A DNA stretch of 64,000 nt from an uncultured Planctomycetota bacterium (GTDB taxonomy: Bacteria > Planctomycetota > Phycisphaerae > Tepidisphaerales > Tepidisphaeraceae), in assembly GCA_963841915.1 (NCBI GenBank), contig CAWJEN010000006.1:1024001-1088000 (forward strand). Direction: 5' to 3'. Shown in pieces: positions 29,253 to 41,516 of the stretch (positions are counted from its first letter, which is position 1; the number at the start of each line of letters is the position of its first letter). Both the position numbers and the translations under genes were made by a program. The notes below the pieces were generated by a model. That model was given only the letters and a program-made list of their open reading frames with translations, was not told the DNA's origin and did not search any database.

Positions 29253-31187
29253 TTACTCCTTCTTAACTTCGTACTCGGCGTCGATGACGTCGTCGTCCTC
29301 TGGCTTGACGCGGTCGCCCTCGGCCTCGGGGGCGGCGCCTTCGGCAGAGGCGGTCGGGTCGGCATCGGCGCCACCGGCTGCGGCATAGGCGGCTTCGCCG
29401 ATCTTCATGACGGCCGTGTTGAGCGTCTCCAGCGCCTTCTTGATGACGTCGCCGTCGTCCTGGTCCTTGACCTCCTTGACGCGGTTGAGGGCGCTTTCGA
29501 CCTCGCTGCGGACGTCGCCGGGGATCTTGTCGGCGTCTTCGCCGTTGAGCAGTTTCTCGGTGCTCGTAATGGAACCGTCGGCCTGGTTGCGAAGGTCGAC
29601 GACCTCGCGACGCTTCTTGTCGGCCTCTGCGTTCTTCTCGGCGTCGGCCTTCATGCGCTCGATCTCTTCGTCGCTCAGGCCACCCGAACCCTTGACCTCG
29701 ATGGAGGCTTCCTTGCCGCTGGACTTGTCGACGGCCTTGACGCCGAGGATGCCGTTGACGTCGATGTTGAAGGTCACCTCGATCTGCGGCACGCCACGCG
29801 GCGCCGGCGGGATGTCGTTCAGGTTGAACTCGCCCAGGAGGCGGTTGTCCTTGGCAAACTCGCGCTCGCCCTGCAGGACGCGGATGGTGACCGTCGTCTG
29901 CGAGTCGGCAGCGGTGGAGAACGTCTCGCTCTTGCTGGTCGGGATGGTGGTGTTGCGCTCGATGAGCTTGGTCATCACGCCGCCCAGCGTCTCGACGCCG
30001 AGGGACAGCGGGGTCGCGTCGAGGACGAGGATGTCCTTGACGTCACCCTTGGCAATGCCGGCCTGGACGGCGGCACCCATGGCGACGACTTCGTCAGGGT
30101 TGACGCTCTTGTTCGGGTCCTTGCCGAAGATGTCCTTGACGAGCTTCTGAACGAGCGGCACGCGGGTCGAGCCGCCGACCAGGATGATCTCGTCGATCTC
30201 GCTCGGCTTGAGCTTGGCGTCTTCCAGCGCCTTCATGACCGGCTGCTTGATGCGATCGACGAAGGAGCCGATGAGGCCCTCGAACGCGCTGCGGGTCAGC
30301 GTCAGGTTGAGGTGCTTGGGACCATTTTGATCGGCTGTGATGAACGGCAGGTTGATGCCGGTCTCGACGTTGGAGCTGAGCTCCTTCTTGGCCTTTTCGG
30401 CAGCTTCCTTAAGCCGCTGCAGAGCCATGGCGTCGTTGCGGAGGTCGATGCCTTCCTGCTTCTTGAACTCGCCTGCGAGCCAGTCGATGATCTCTTCGTC
30501 AAAGTCGTCGCCGCCGAGGTGAGTGTCACCGGCGATGCTGAGCACCTCGAAGAGGGTCTCGTCGGCGTCCTTGTCGACATCGAGCACGGAGACGTCGAAC
30601 GTGCCGCCACCAAGGTCGAAGACGAAGATCTTGCCGCCCTTGTTCTTACCTTCGCCGTAGGCCAGCGCAGCCGCGGTCGGCTCGGGAAGCACGCGCAGGA
30701 CCTTCAGGCCTGCGATTTCACCGGCGTTCTTCGTGGCTTGACGCTGGGCGTCGTTGAAGTAGGCCGGCACGGTGATAACGGCCTCGTCGACCTTCTCGCC
30801 GAGGTAGTCTTCTGCGGTCTTCTTGAGGTCCTGGAGGATGAAGGCCGAGACCTGCTCGGGGGTGTATTCCTCGTTGCGGACCTTGATCTTGACGTAGTCC
30901 TCACCGCCGCCGGTGACTTCGTAAGGGACGGTCTTTTCTTCGCTGGCGACTTCGTTGTGCCGACGGCCCATGAACCGCTTGGCGCTGAAGACGGTGTTTT
31001 TGGGGTTGGTGACCTGCTGGTGGCGGGCCGGCTCACCGACGAGGCGTTCGCCCTTGTCGGTGAAGGCGACGACCGACGGCGTGATGCGGTTACCGCGGGA
31101 GTTGATGAGAACCTTGGGCTGATCGCCCTCCATGACGCTCACCACGCTGTTGGTCGTGCCGAGGTCGATTCCGATGATCTTGCTCAT
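29253..31187 (-). CDS. dnaK: Chaperone DnaK (Hsp70)
   Basis: [49 protein letters not shown]-terminal [10 protein letters not shown]. Confidence 0.98.
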   Translation of the reverse strand: MSKIIGIDLGTTNSVVSVMEGDQPKVLINSRGNRITPSVVAFTDKGERLVGEPARHQQVTNPKNTVFSAKRFMGRRHNEVASEEKTVPYEVTGGGEDYVKIKVRNEEYTPEQVSAFILQDLKKTAEDYLGEKVDEAVITVPAYFNDAQRQATKNAGEIAGLKVLRVLPEPTAAALAYGEGKNKGGKIFVFDLGGGTFDVSVLDVDKDADETLFEVLSIAGDTHLGGDDFDEEIIDWLAGEFKKQEGIDLRNDAMALQRLKEAAEKAKKELSSNVETGINLPFITADQNGPKHLNLTLTRSAFEGLIGSFVDRIKQPVMKALEDAKLKPSEIDEIILVGGSTRVPLVQKLVKDIFGKDPNKSVNPDEVVAMGAAVQAGIAKGDVKDILVLDATPLSLGVETLGGVMTKLIERNTTIPTSKSETFSTAADSQTTVTIRVLQGEREFAKDNRLLGEFNLNDIPPAPRGVPQIEVTFNIDVNGILGVKAVDKSSGKEASIEVKGSGGLSDEEIERMKADAEKNAEADKKRREVVDLRNQADGSITSTEKLLNGEDADKIPGDVRSEVESALNRVKEVKDQDDGDVIKKALETLNTAVMKIGEAAYAAAGGADADPTASAEGAAPEAEGDRVKPEDDDVIDAEYEVKKE

Positions 31188-31260
31188 AATGCTGTTGTTG
31201 GTCTTCGTTGTGGGTTGAGGCGTCGTCCGACGTGCGGCAACGCGGGTGCTGGCCCATATG

Positions 31261-31275
31261 GCAAGGGTCGTGCCA
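31261..31275 (-). promoter_or_regulatory. Sigma-54 (-24/-12) promoter upstream of dnaK
   Basis: Minus strand TGGCACGACCCTTGC matches TGGCACG-N4-TTGC. Confidence 0.75.
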
Positions 31276-31308
31276 CACCTGAAACCGGCGTGAGGCCGCG
31301 TGAGGGGC

Positions 31309-31324
31309 GGTTCCACGTGGAACC
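31309..31324. promoter_or_regulatory. parS-type site (variant)
   Basis: Palindrome GGTTCCACGTGGAACC with the same 14-bp core as the two downstream sites. Confidence 0.7.
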
Positions 31325-31520
31325 GTGGCAGCACGGGCATGAACCGCTGCCACTATGGCGGTCGGGGCAGGACGTCTAAGCCATTGGCAAAGCCGTGTTG
31401 GAGGATCAGAACGAGGTTCCGACCGGTCGTGGTTGACGGGCGGCGTGGCCGCCGTAGCTTTTGCTGACCACCACAGCCACCTGTGCCGGCCACGCCCGCA
31501 CGGTCCAACCGCCGTCAGCC

Positions 31521-33710
<2,190 letters not shown>

Positions 33711-33732
33711 TGGTCGCGGCGAAAGTAATGCA

Positions 33733-34515
33733 ATGACCCTCTTCCGAACCGACCGCCCGATTCTCGTCGGCATGGTCCACCTAATGCCCCTCCCCGGCTC
33801 ACCACGGTTCGGTGGCGACATGGTGGCGGTGGTGGACGCCGCCAAACGTGACGCCGAAGCTCTCGACGCCGGCGGGTGCGACGCGATCATGGTCGAGAAC
33901 TTTGGCGACGTGCCGTTCTACAACGGCAGCGTCCCGTCAGAAACGGTCAGCGGCATCACGGCAGGCTGCCTTGCGGTTCGCGATGCGAGCAACCTGCCGA
34001 TCGGCGTGAACGTGCTCCGCAACGACGGCTGCAGCGCGGTCGGCATCGCAGCCTGCGTCGGGGCAGCGTTCATCCGCATCAATGTGCTGAGCGGCGCTCG
34101 CGTGACGGATCAAGGCATCATCGAGGGCCAGGCGGCCGATGTCATGCGGGCCCGGCAGGCCCTGTGCCCGCACGTGCAGGTGTGGGCGGACGTCGACGTC
34201 AAGCACTCTGCCCCGCTTGCCGCAAGGCCGCTGTCAGAAGAAGTCGCCGACCTCGTCAAGCGTGGCTTGGCCGACGTCGTCATCGTCTCAGGCGGTGGGA
34301 CAGGGCTCGCCACCTCGCCTCAGCAGGTTGACGAAGTGGCATCGATGACCGATGCCCCCGTCGCCATCGGCAGCGGCGCAAGCATGGAGACGATCGGCCA
34401 CTACCCTGCTGCCCGAGCCTTCATTGCGGGTACCGCGCTGAAGCAGAACGGCCACGTCGACGCGCCGGTCGATGTGGCGAGGGTTCAAGCATTTGCCGAC
34501 GTGCTGTCGTCTTGA
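33733..34515 (+). CDS. BtpA/SgcQ family TIM-barrel protein
   Basis: GMVHLMPLPGSP, ENFGDVPF, GVNVLRND, DVDVKHS. Confidence 0.9.
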   Translation: MTLFRTDRPILVGMVHLMPLPGSPRFGGDMVAVVDAAKRDAEALDAGGCDAIMVENFGDVPFYNGSVPSETVSGITAGCLAVRDASNLPIGVNVLRNDGCSAVGIAACVGAAFIRINVLSGARVTDQGIIEGQAADVMRARQALCPHVQVWADVDVKHSAPLAARPLSEEVADLVKRGLADVVIVSGGGTGLATSPQQVDEVASMTDAPVAIGSGASMETIGHYPAARAFIAGTALKQNGHVDAPVDVARVQAFADVLSS

Positions 34516-34521
34516 AGGCGT

Positions 34522-35001
34522 TCAGATCCAGCGGTCGCGGATCTCCTTGATCTGCTCCCACTGTTCGTCTCGGTAAAGCGGCGGACATGTCTCGCAGTTG
34601 GGACACACGCCATCGAAGAACTCTTCGGCGTCGTCGGAGATGGCATCGTCGGTCTGGCCGATGCTCTTTCGCATCTCGTACCGCTCGTTGACCTCCTCTG
34701 CCAAACGCACCGCCTCAAGGCCCGCGTGCTTGCGGACGTGTCTGGCCAGTCGCTTGTACCAATCCTTCGTCAGCTCGTCGGCGTGCTCCGGTGGGATGCA
34801 GTGCTTCTTGAGCGCGTGCCTGAACGCTTTGAGCTTCTGCGGCCAAGGCTCATCGGGGTTACGCGTCGCCAGCGTCAGGTATTGCCCGACCTTGGCGGCC
34901 TCATGGACCAGGTCGTTGCAGTGCCTGGACGCCTGCTTGGCGACCTTGAGGTACATCTCCTCGGGCAAGCCGACCTTGGGCATGCCCGGCAACTTGCTCA
35001 T
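34522..35001 (-). CDS. Hypothetical helical protein (start 35001 or 34983)
   Basis: Protein-like composition and high-GC codon usage; C-terminal CPNCETC. Confidence 0.65.
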   Translation of the reverse strand: MSKLPGMPKVGLPEEMYLKVAKQASRHCNDLVHEAAKVGQYLTLATRNPDEPWPQKLKAFRHALKKHCIPPEHADELTKDWYKRLARHVRKHAGLEAVRLAEEVNERYEMRKSIGQTDDAISDDAEEFFDGVCPNCETCPPLYRDEQWEQIKEIRDRWI

Positions 35002-35618
35002 GCCCGGCACACCGGCCAATGAGGCCTCTGGTTCGCCGCTGATCATCGAAGACATCGATACGCTCCTCAGGTGAAACCGACTCCAGGCCCGGCAAAACAA
35101 CATGCCGAGGTCCACAACAACTTCCTCCGCCGCCCGGTGCCGACGATGCGGCACATGGTTCGAGCGGACCCGCACAATCTACCACATCGGCGCATCCGCG
35201 GCAAAGCGTCGCACGTCGAGGTCGATAAGAATCAATTTTTTCTTGTCGAAGTTGATTCTTTCGGCGATAGGGCCGATATGCTGTGGCGGACGGACGTTGC
35301 CTTGTTTGGCATCGCACGTGCACCAGCGAACCGAGGCAAGCGTGGTACGGTCGACCTGAGGGTTGACCCTTCGTGCCCGATCCGCACCCGCATGTAACGC
35401 ACTTGATGTTGCACCGCGGTTGGTATCGGTCCTGTGCAGGCGAAACCGATGGGCTCAAGGCCGAGTCGTCGCCGCCGCAGGAGGAGCTTGAGTCGTAAGA
35501 GGAGACCGATCCGGGTGTCGACGCGTGGCGTCGGACGGACATCGGGCTCGCCCGCAGCACGATCTGCGGGACCGCGCCGCCGACATGTCGTCGGGCGGCC
35601 AGTGAAAGCAGTTTGGCA

Positions 35619-36005
35619 ATGAACAATTCGACGCTCGAAAAGCGCGTTAATCGCCTGTCCAACACAGTCGCCCCGGCCGTGGTTCTGGATCGCGATAGTC
35701 GCAGGCAACGCCGCGGCCCCGTCCGCCGGTCGGCCCGTGTTAAGGTTCAGGGCGGCCTCTTCGGAGGCGAGAGCTTTGACGTCACCATCCGCGACGCCTC
35801 CACCGCCGGCAGCGCGTTTTACCTCCGCGAGGCCTTGCCTGTCGGGACCAAGGTCCGCGTCATCGAACTCGTCGATGGCCGCCAACATCGCACGTTTGAC
35901 GGTGAAGTCTGCCGCAGCCGCCCCATCAGCAACGGCCGCCACGAGATGAACGTCCGCTACTCCGAACGCAAGGACGTCGCGGAAGTCGTCAAGCAGCTTG
36001 GTTGA
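35619..36005 (+). CDS. Stand-alone PilZ-like (c-di-GMP-binding) protein
   Basis: RxxxR ('QRRGPVRR') and DxSxxG ('DASTAG') motifs followed by beta strands. Confidence 0.7.
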   Translation: MNNSTLEKRVNRLSNTVAPAVVLDRDSRRQRRGPVRRSARVKVQGGLFGGESFDVTIRDASTAGSAFYLREALPVGTKVRVIELVDGRQHRTFDGEVCRSRPISNGRHEMNVRYSERKDVAEVVKQLG

Positions 36006-36026
36006 GGCAACAACGTCCGGTCGGTT

Positions 36027-37145
36027 TCACGAGACCGTCAGCACCGGCCCCGCGTTGTCAACATCGGCAACCCGCTTGGCCACCTCGCCCGCGACGCGAC
36101 CGGCAAGGCCTTCCAACGCCTCGCGCAGCCGTGGATCGCCTTCATAATTCGCGTGCGGCCTGCCTGTGTCGCTGTTAACGCGAAGCTCGGGGAACATCGG
36201 GATCTCCGCCAATATCGGCAGGCTTAGCTTTTGTGCCATCTTGAGCACCCCGCCGCGGCCGAAGATGTCGTGCTCGCTGCCGTCGGGTGAGACGAAGTAG
36301 CTCATGTTCTCGACCAGCCCGAGCACCGGGCAGCCCAGCTGCTGAAACATCTTCACCGCACGCGTCGCATCATCAATCGCCACCTGCTGCGGCGTCGCAA
36401 CCACCACGGCACCCGTCAGCGGCAAAATCTGGCACAACGTCAGCGGCACGTCGCCCGTGCCCGGTGGCAGGTCGATGATCAGGTAGTCCAGCTCCGGCCA
36501 CTTCGTGTTGTCCAGCACGAGCTGCTTGAACGCGCCGTGCGCCATCGGGCCACGCCACATGAGCGGCTTGTCCTCCTCGACGAGCGAACCGATTGTCACG
36601 CCGTGAATGCCATGCACATGGTGCGGCAGGATACGTTTCTTGTCGGCGTCGACCTTGGGCACGACGCCCCGGACGCCGAGCATCGTCGGCATGGACGGGC
36701 CGTAGATGTCGCCGTCCATCAGGCCGACCTTTGCACCAGTCCGCTGCAGGCCGACGGCGAGGTTGACTGCGACGGTCGACTTGCCCACGCCGCCCTTGCC
36801 GGCACCGACGGCGATGATGTTTTTGACCTGCGGCAGCGGCGGCTCGCTGAAATCGCCCGGCTGATCGGCACCGATCGATGGCTTGCTCCGGCCGCCACGC
36901 GTGTCGGCAGACAGCTCGACCTCAACCGATTCGGCCCCGGCGGCAACGAGGGCATTCCGCACCCGCTTCTCGATCTCGTCCTTCATCGGACACGCGGGTG
37001 TGGTCAGCTCGACGTTGACGCTGACTCGTCCCGCATCATCGACATCGAGACGTTTAACCATCTTCAGGCTGACAATGTCTTTGAAGAGTTCGGGGTCTTC
37101 AACGCCGCGTAGGGCGTTCATGGCATCTTCCTGGGTGATGGGCAT
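36027..37145 (-). CDS. mrp: Mrp/ApbC (NBP35) Fe-S cluster carrier ATPase
   Basis: ELTTPACP, GKGGVGKST, DIYGPS, WRGPM, DLPPGTGD, ENMSYF. Confidence 0.93.
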   Translation of the reverse strand: MPITQEDAMNALRGVEDPELFKDIVSLKMVKRLDVDDAGRVSVNVELTTPACPMKDEIEKRVRNALVAAGAESVEVELSADTRGGRSKPSIGADQPGDFSEPPLPQVKNIIAVGAGKGGVGKSTVAVNLAVGLQRTGAKVGLMDGDIYGPSMPTMLGVRGVVPKVDADKKRILPHHVHGIHGVTIGSLVEEDKPLMWRGPMAHGAFKQLVLDNTKWPELDYLIIDLPPGTGDVPLTLCQILPLTGAVVVATPQQVAIDDATRAVKMFQQLGCPVLGLVENMSYFVSPDGSEHDIFGRGGVLKMAQKLSLPILAEIPMFPELRVNSDTGRPHANYEGDPRLREALEGLAGRVAGEVAKRVADVDNAGPVLTVS

Positions 37146-37218
37146 AAGCCGTCGATGGTACGGTCGTAGTCGAGCGACCTTGTGCGACACGCCGCCGCCG
37201 AGTTGAAGTAGAAACTGC

Positions 37219-38589
37219 ATGCCGAGCCAACTGCCCAAGACCGTCCGCCACGCGCTCGAGAAGGTGCCGCGTGTGACGCCTGGCACCGGTCGGGACGTGC
37301 CACCGCTCAGCGAGGCCGACGACCTGGCGACGTTCGGCCTGAACACGAGGCCCGGTCATGAGGACGACGGCTGGCGATCGCCTTTGCCCGCTTATTTGCG
37401 GGACGGCACACGGCTGCAGTTGTTCAAGGACGGCGAGGCCGCCGCCGCGGCGTATCGAGCCATTGAGGACGCCGAGCATCGCGTGCTGCTGGAGGTCTAC
37501 ATCTGGCCGGGCGATGAAACGGGCGAGGCATTCAGCCACCTGCTTGCCGAAAAGGCGGCGGCGGGTGTTCGCGTCTTCGTCATCTACGACGCCTTCGGCT
37601 GCTTGCTGACGCCGGCTGAAACGTTCGACCGCATGCGTCGCAGCGGCGCGAACGTGCTGGAGTTTCACCCGCTCAACCCGTGGCGCAGCCGATGGGGCTG
37701 GCGACCTGCCAATCGCGACCACCGAAAGCTCCTCGTCGTCGACGACAACGTTGCCGGCGTCGGTGGGCTTAACATCGGTAACGACTATGCGGGCAACTGG
37801 GTTGCGCCCAACGCACGCGTACGGCCGGGCGATATGTATCGCGACGCGGGCGTCGGCATCGTGGGACCGGCGGCAGAGGCGTACGCGCGGGCGTTTCAGA
37901 AGACGTGGCGATACGTCATCCATCGAGGCCCGATGAGCAGGGCCAGCGTCGCCGACGGCATCAGAGACCTGCGACCCGCCAAGGGCGCGCGTATCGGCAA
38001 GAGCCGGGAGAGCATCGATGCCCGCCAAGGTGTCCTGCAGCCCGGCCGCGACATCGGGCTCGTCGGCAGCGCGCCCACGCTTTCTTCGCCGCTGCGGCCG
38101 TTTCTGCACGACCTCATCAACGAGTCACGCCATTCGCTCCTGCTGACGATCGCCTACTTCGCACCGGACGACGCGCTGATCGACTCGCTCTGCCGAGCCG
38201 CACGACGCGGCGTGCGGGTGCGGCTGATGCTCGCCGGCAGGAGCGACGTGCGATTTCTCATCAGCGCCGGCCGCGCGTTCTACGGCCGCCTGCTCGACGC
38301 AGGCTGCGAGATCTATGAACGCCAGGAAGCTTTTCTGCACCAGAAGTCGATCATCTCCGACGGCCGCGTGACCGTGCTGGGCAGCACGAACCTCGACTAC
38401 CGCAGCATCGAGTTCAATCTGGAGCTGTCAGCCGTCATCGACAACAGGCCGTTCGCCCGGCAAATGATCGATCTGTTCGACCACGACACCGGCTTTGCCC
38501 GCCGCATCGACCCTGAGACCTGGCGTCGGCGACCGACGCGGGACCGGTTCGTGCAGTGGCTCATCAGTCGACTTCGTTACGCGTTGTAG
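37219..38589 (+). CDS. Cardiolipin synthase-like phospholipase D (ClsB type)
   Basis: Two HKD motifs: HRKLLVVD...GGLN and HQKSIISD...GSTN. Confidence 0.9.
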   Translation: MPSQLPKTVRHALEKVPRVTPGTGRDVPPLSEADDLATFGLNTRPGHEDDGWRSPLPAYLRDGTRLQLFKDGEAAAAAYRAIEDAEHRVLLEVYIWPGDETGEAFSHLLAEKAAAGVRVFVIYDAFGCLLTPAETFDRMRRSGANVLEFHPLNPWRSRWGWRPANRDHRKLLVVDDNVAGVGGLNIGNDYAGNWVAPNARVRPGDMYRDAGVGIVGPAAEAYARAFQKTWRYVIHRGPMSRASVADGIRDLRPAKGARIGKSRESIDARQGVLQPGRDIGLVGSAPTLSSPLRPFLHDLINESRHSLLLTIAYFAPDDALIDSLCRAARRGVRVRLMLAGRSDVRFLISAGRAFYGRLLDAGCEIYERQEAFLHQKSIISDGRVTVLGSTNLDYRSIEFNLELSAVIDNRPFARQMIDLFDHDTGFARRIDPETWRRRPTRDRFVQWLISRLRYAL

Positions 38590-38595
38590 CGACGT

Positions 38596-38886
38596 TCACC
38601 AGTCGGACAAGACTTCCTGATCGAGGCTCACCCACTCGTCGACGGCAGCCTCGCGGGGCGGTTGCTTCGACCGGGCCTCGTGCATCGCCTGGACCGCTTC
38701 GACCGCAGACGGACTTGTCGCGGCGGCGACTTGCACCTGCTGCCGCCAAAGCGTCTGCTCGACCTCAAACATCTCGGCGTGGAGGACATTGCAGGCGTGT
38801 CGAAGCCGCAGGTTCTGCTGTCGAAGCAACAGCAACACAGCGGCGATGGCCAGCAATCCGACGACGGCAATGATGATGCGTGGCAT
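38596..38886 (-). CDS. FtsL-like bitopic coiled-coil protein
   Basis: N-terminal TM, coiled coil, then 'TSPSAV'; two genes downstream of rsmH. Confidence 0.5.
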   Translation of the reverse strand: MPRIIIAVVGLLAIAAVLLLLRQQNLRLRHACNVLHAEMFEVEQTLWRQQVQVAAATSPSAVEAVQAMHEARSKQPPREAAVDEWVSLDQEVLSDW

Positions 38887-38908
38887 AGCGGTTTGCCTCG
38901 AGCCGAAT

Positions 38909-39775
38909 TCAGGAAGGCAGCTTCAGCGTCATGCCCGGCTGCAGCGCGTTGGGATCGTTCAGGGCCGGGTTGAGCTTGACGATCTCGGTGTGTCGATTGC
39001 CGTTGCCGAGTTGCCTGGCAGCGATCTGCCAAAGGTTGTCACCCTCACGGACCGTGTATGTCTTGGCGACCGGCTCACGCACCGTTGGCACCTGGATGGC
39101 GGCGGCTTCCTTGGCGTCGGCGGGAAGTCGATAAGTGCGGCCGGCGACGATCAGGTTCGGGTCGTCGGCCAGCGACGGGTTGAGGGCAACGATCTTGGCG
39201 TTGTTGTCGCTCGTGCTCCGGCCAAACGCCCGGGCGGCCAGGTGGCCCAACGTGTCGCCGGACTTGGCCTTGTACTCGATGACGCCGACCGGACGGTCCA
39301 CCATCGTCGCGGCGGCAAGCCGTGTGTCTACAACATTCACCTGCGGCTCAGCCTGGACGGTCTCGACCGGCTCGCCCTGCTCGGCGGCGAGTTGCTCGAC
39401 CGTCGCGACCTGCGTCGGTTGCACCTGCTCAACCGCCTGCATCGTCGGCGGGTTGTCCCAAATCGGCTCAGTGTGCGTCGGCTCGCGATCGAGTGTCGGC
39501 CGCGGCTCGGGGGCGTGGCCGATGCGAATGTCGATGCGGCCGGCTTCAGGCTCGGCCGTCGGGTCGTAGACGAACGCCTGCTTCTCAGGCTCGGCCGGCA
39601 GCGAAATCTGCTGACCGCCGGGCGTGGTGAGGCTCGACTCGATGCCACGGACGCTGCCTGTGAGCGGCGCGGGAGGTTGCCGGGTAGCGACGGTCACGTG
39701 GTCGCTGAGGAGCAGCCCGACCACGAGAATGAACGCCGTTGCGACGAGAAGGCCGATTTTGCTTTCGCGGGACAC
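38909..39775 (-). CDS. Membrane-anchored protein with two LysM domains
   Basis: GTG start after GGAG; TM; 'YKAKSGDTLGHLA' and 'YTVREGDNLWQIA...LQPGMTLKLP'. Confidence 0.88.
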   Translation of the reverse strand: MSRESKIGLLVATAFILVVGLLLSDHVTVATRQPPAPLTGSVRGIESSLTTPGGQQISLPAEPEKQAFVYDPTAEPEAGRIDIRIGHAPEPRPTLDREPTHTEPIWDNPPTMQAVEQVQPTQVATVEQLAAEQGEPVETVQAEPQVNVVDTRLAAATMVDRPVGVIEYKAKSGDTLGHLAARAFGRSTSDNNAKIVALNPSLADDPNLIVAGRTYRLPADAKEAAAIQVPTVREPVAKTYTVREGDNLWQIAARQLGNGNRHTEIVKLNPALNDPNALQPGMTLKLPS

Positions 39776-39866
39776 GCTTGTCTTGCTCCGATGGAGGGCC
39801 GGCGGGGGGCGAAATGCCCGCCGCAGTTCTCGCATCGGCATTATCGGGCGCGGGGCATCAATGCCG

Positions 39867-40790
39867 CTATGGCCGCCGCGCTGCCCGCATCTTCGCCGAA
39901 CGACTACGTGGGTTGCTCTCCACCTCGGCCTCGCCGGGAGCGATGGGCTTCTTCGTCAAAATCTCCAGCCGATCCCATTTGGCGGCCTCGCGAAACGCGT
40001 TCTTGACCAGCCGATCCTCGCCGCTGTGGAAGCTGATGATCGCGACCCTTCCGCCGGGAGCTAGCACGTCCGGCAGCGCCTCGAGCAGCTTCTCGATGGC
40101 GTCGAGTTCGCCGTTGACGGCCATCCGCAGCGCCATAAAGGTCCGCGTCGCCGGGTCGATCGCGTTCTTCTTGTGCTTTGGTGGTCTCGGCACGCAACGC
40201 CTGACAATGTCGGCCAACTCGCCCGTCGTCCGCACGCTCTGGCCGGCCTTGCGTTGCTCGACGATCCGCCGCGCGATTCGCCGACTGAACCGCTCGCCGG
40301 CAAACTCGAAAATGGTGTCGGCGATCTTCTTTTCGGGCCAATATCGCAGCAAGTCTGCCGCCGTGTCGCGAAGTTCCGGGTCCAGCCGCATGTCTAGCGG
40401 CGCGTCCCGGTCGGCAAATGAGAGGCCGTAGTCGCTCGTGAGCAATTGGTTGGTGCTCACGCCGAAGTCCGCGAGCAAGGCGTTGACCTTGCCGACGTCA
40501 TCTCCCAGTTCGTGCCGCAGATCGGAGAAGTTGCTGTACCTCAGGTCGGCCGCGTCACCGAGTCGGTCCCGGGCGTACTCGAGGTTGCGCGGGTCCCGCT
40601 CAAAGGCGATGAGGCGGCCGCCGGGAGCGACGCGCTCGCGGAGCAGCAGCGAATGGCCGCCACGGCCGAGCGTGCAATCAACGACGAGTTCGCCCGGCTG
40701 TGGATTGAGCAGGTCCAGCACCTCCGTAGCTAGCACCGGCTCGTGCCCGTGCGGCACAGCCTGCGTCGGCGTTGTTGCGTCGTCTAGCAC
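39867..40790 (-). CDS. rsmH: 16S rRNA m4C1402 methyltransferase RsmH (start approximate)
   Basis: HEPVL, VDCTLGRGGHS, PLDMR, ISFHSGEDRLVK, NPRSRSAKMR. Confidence 0.95.
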   Translation of the reverse strand: MLDDATTPTQAVPHGHEPVLATEVLDLLNPQPGELVVDCTLGRGGHSLLLRERVAPGGRLIAFERDPRNLEYARDRLGDAADLRYSNFSDLRHELGDDVGKVNALLADFGVSTNQLLTSDYGLSFADRDAPLDMRLDPELRDTAADLLRYWPEKKIADTIFEFAGERFSRRIARRIVEQRKAGQSVRTTGELADIVRRCVPRPPKHKKNAIDPATRTFMALRMAVNGELDAIEKLLEALPDVLAPGGRVAIISFHSGEDRLVKNAFREAAKWDRLEILTKKPIAPGEAEVESNPRSRSAKMRAARRP

Positions 40791-40967
40791 AGAAGAACGT
40801 AGCGCAGAGCCGAGGGAAGCGCAAAGACGCAAAGGGAGCAAAGCGGTGCGGTGGCAACGCGGCTTAAGCCACTACGCATCTCTCCGTCCGTACCACCACC
40901 TCATCCATGCCTGCTCTGCCCTTTGCTCTCTCTTCGCCCCCTTCCCATCTTTGCATTTCCATCGGCT

Positions 40968-41516
40968 TCACCCCACCAGTGCCGCCCCCACCGCTGCCCG
41001 CTTCTCGTCGAACGCTGCCGCCGTCAGCACCGGCTCACCCTCCTCGACCGCCGCGTCCAACGGCACCCAGCTGCGACAGCCGGCGATCTTGTACGTGTTC
41101 TTGAGCGTGACCGCCGACGCCAAGGCAAACGCCCGCACGACCACCAAATACAGCGGCCGTTCGGGCTTGTAGTTCCACCGCAGGTCGAAGTATTCCTCGT
41201 CCCAAACGTGCAAGCCGTCCAGCCGATCAAGGGCTTCACGGCTCGGGACAGTGTGAATGTCCGTCACCTCGCCGCCGTGCGTGAGGTCGAACGTGACCGG
41301 CTCATCGTCGCCAGGCTCGACCAGGTCGCGGGCATCCGGCCGCAGCATGTCGATGTTTTGGTGCAGCTGTGTCGGCAACAACGCAAAGCGGCTGTGCGTG
41401 ATGGCAAACCCGCCTGGCCCTTCCTGGATGCCACCTTTGCGCAAAAGAACCGTCTGCCGACCCTCGGCGAGGGCGCGGCAGACGGATTGCCATTCCTTCA
41501 GAGCGGTGTCAATCAC
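40968..41516 (-). CDS. DUF1802 family protein
   Basis: ALKEW..VC.AL..G.Q..LLRKGGI.E and GCRSWV. Confidence 0.85.
   Translation of the reverse strand: MIDTALKEWQSVCRALAEGRQTVLLRKGGIQEGPGGFAITHSRFALLPTQLHQNIDMLRPDARDLVEPGDDEPVTFDLTHGGEVTDIHTVPSREALDRLDGLHVWDEEYFDLRWNYKPERPLYLVVVRAFALASAVTLKNTYKIAGCRSWVPLDAAVEEGEPVLTAAAFDEKRAAVGAALVG

Noticed and set aside
27818..29266. Minus-strand ORFs with repeated peptides and 'MFHVEH' motifs
   Set aside because: They are translations of the tandem repeat and of the parS palindromes.
31188..31520. CIRCE element upstream of dnaK
   Set aside because: No TTAGCACTC-N9-GAGTGCTAA-like repeat is present.
35430..35500. c-di-GMP riboswitch upstream of the PilZ gene
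   Set aside because: Only a loose 'GGCGAAACC' resemblance; the two-stem GEMM structure could not be built by eye.
40795..40960. Purine-rich and pyrimidine-rich blocks (GCAAAG / CTTTGC) upstream of rsmH
   Set aside because: Too degenerate to define arms; possibly an old inverted repeat but not supportable.
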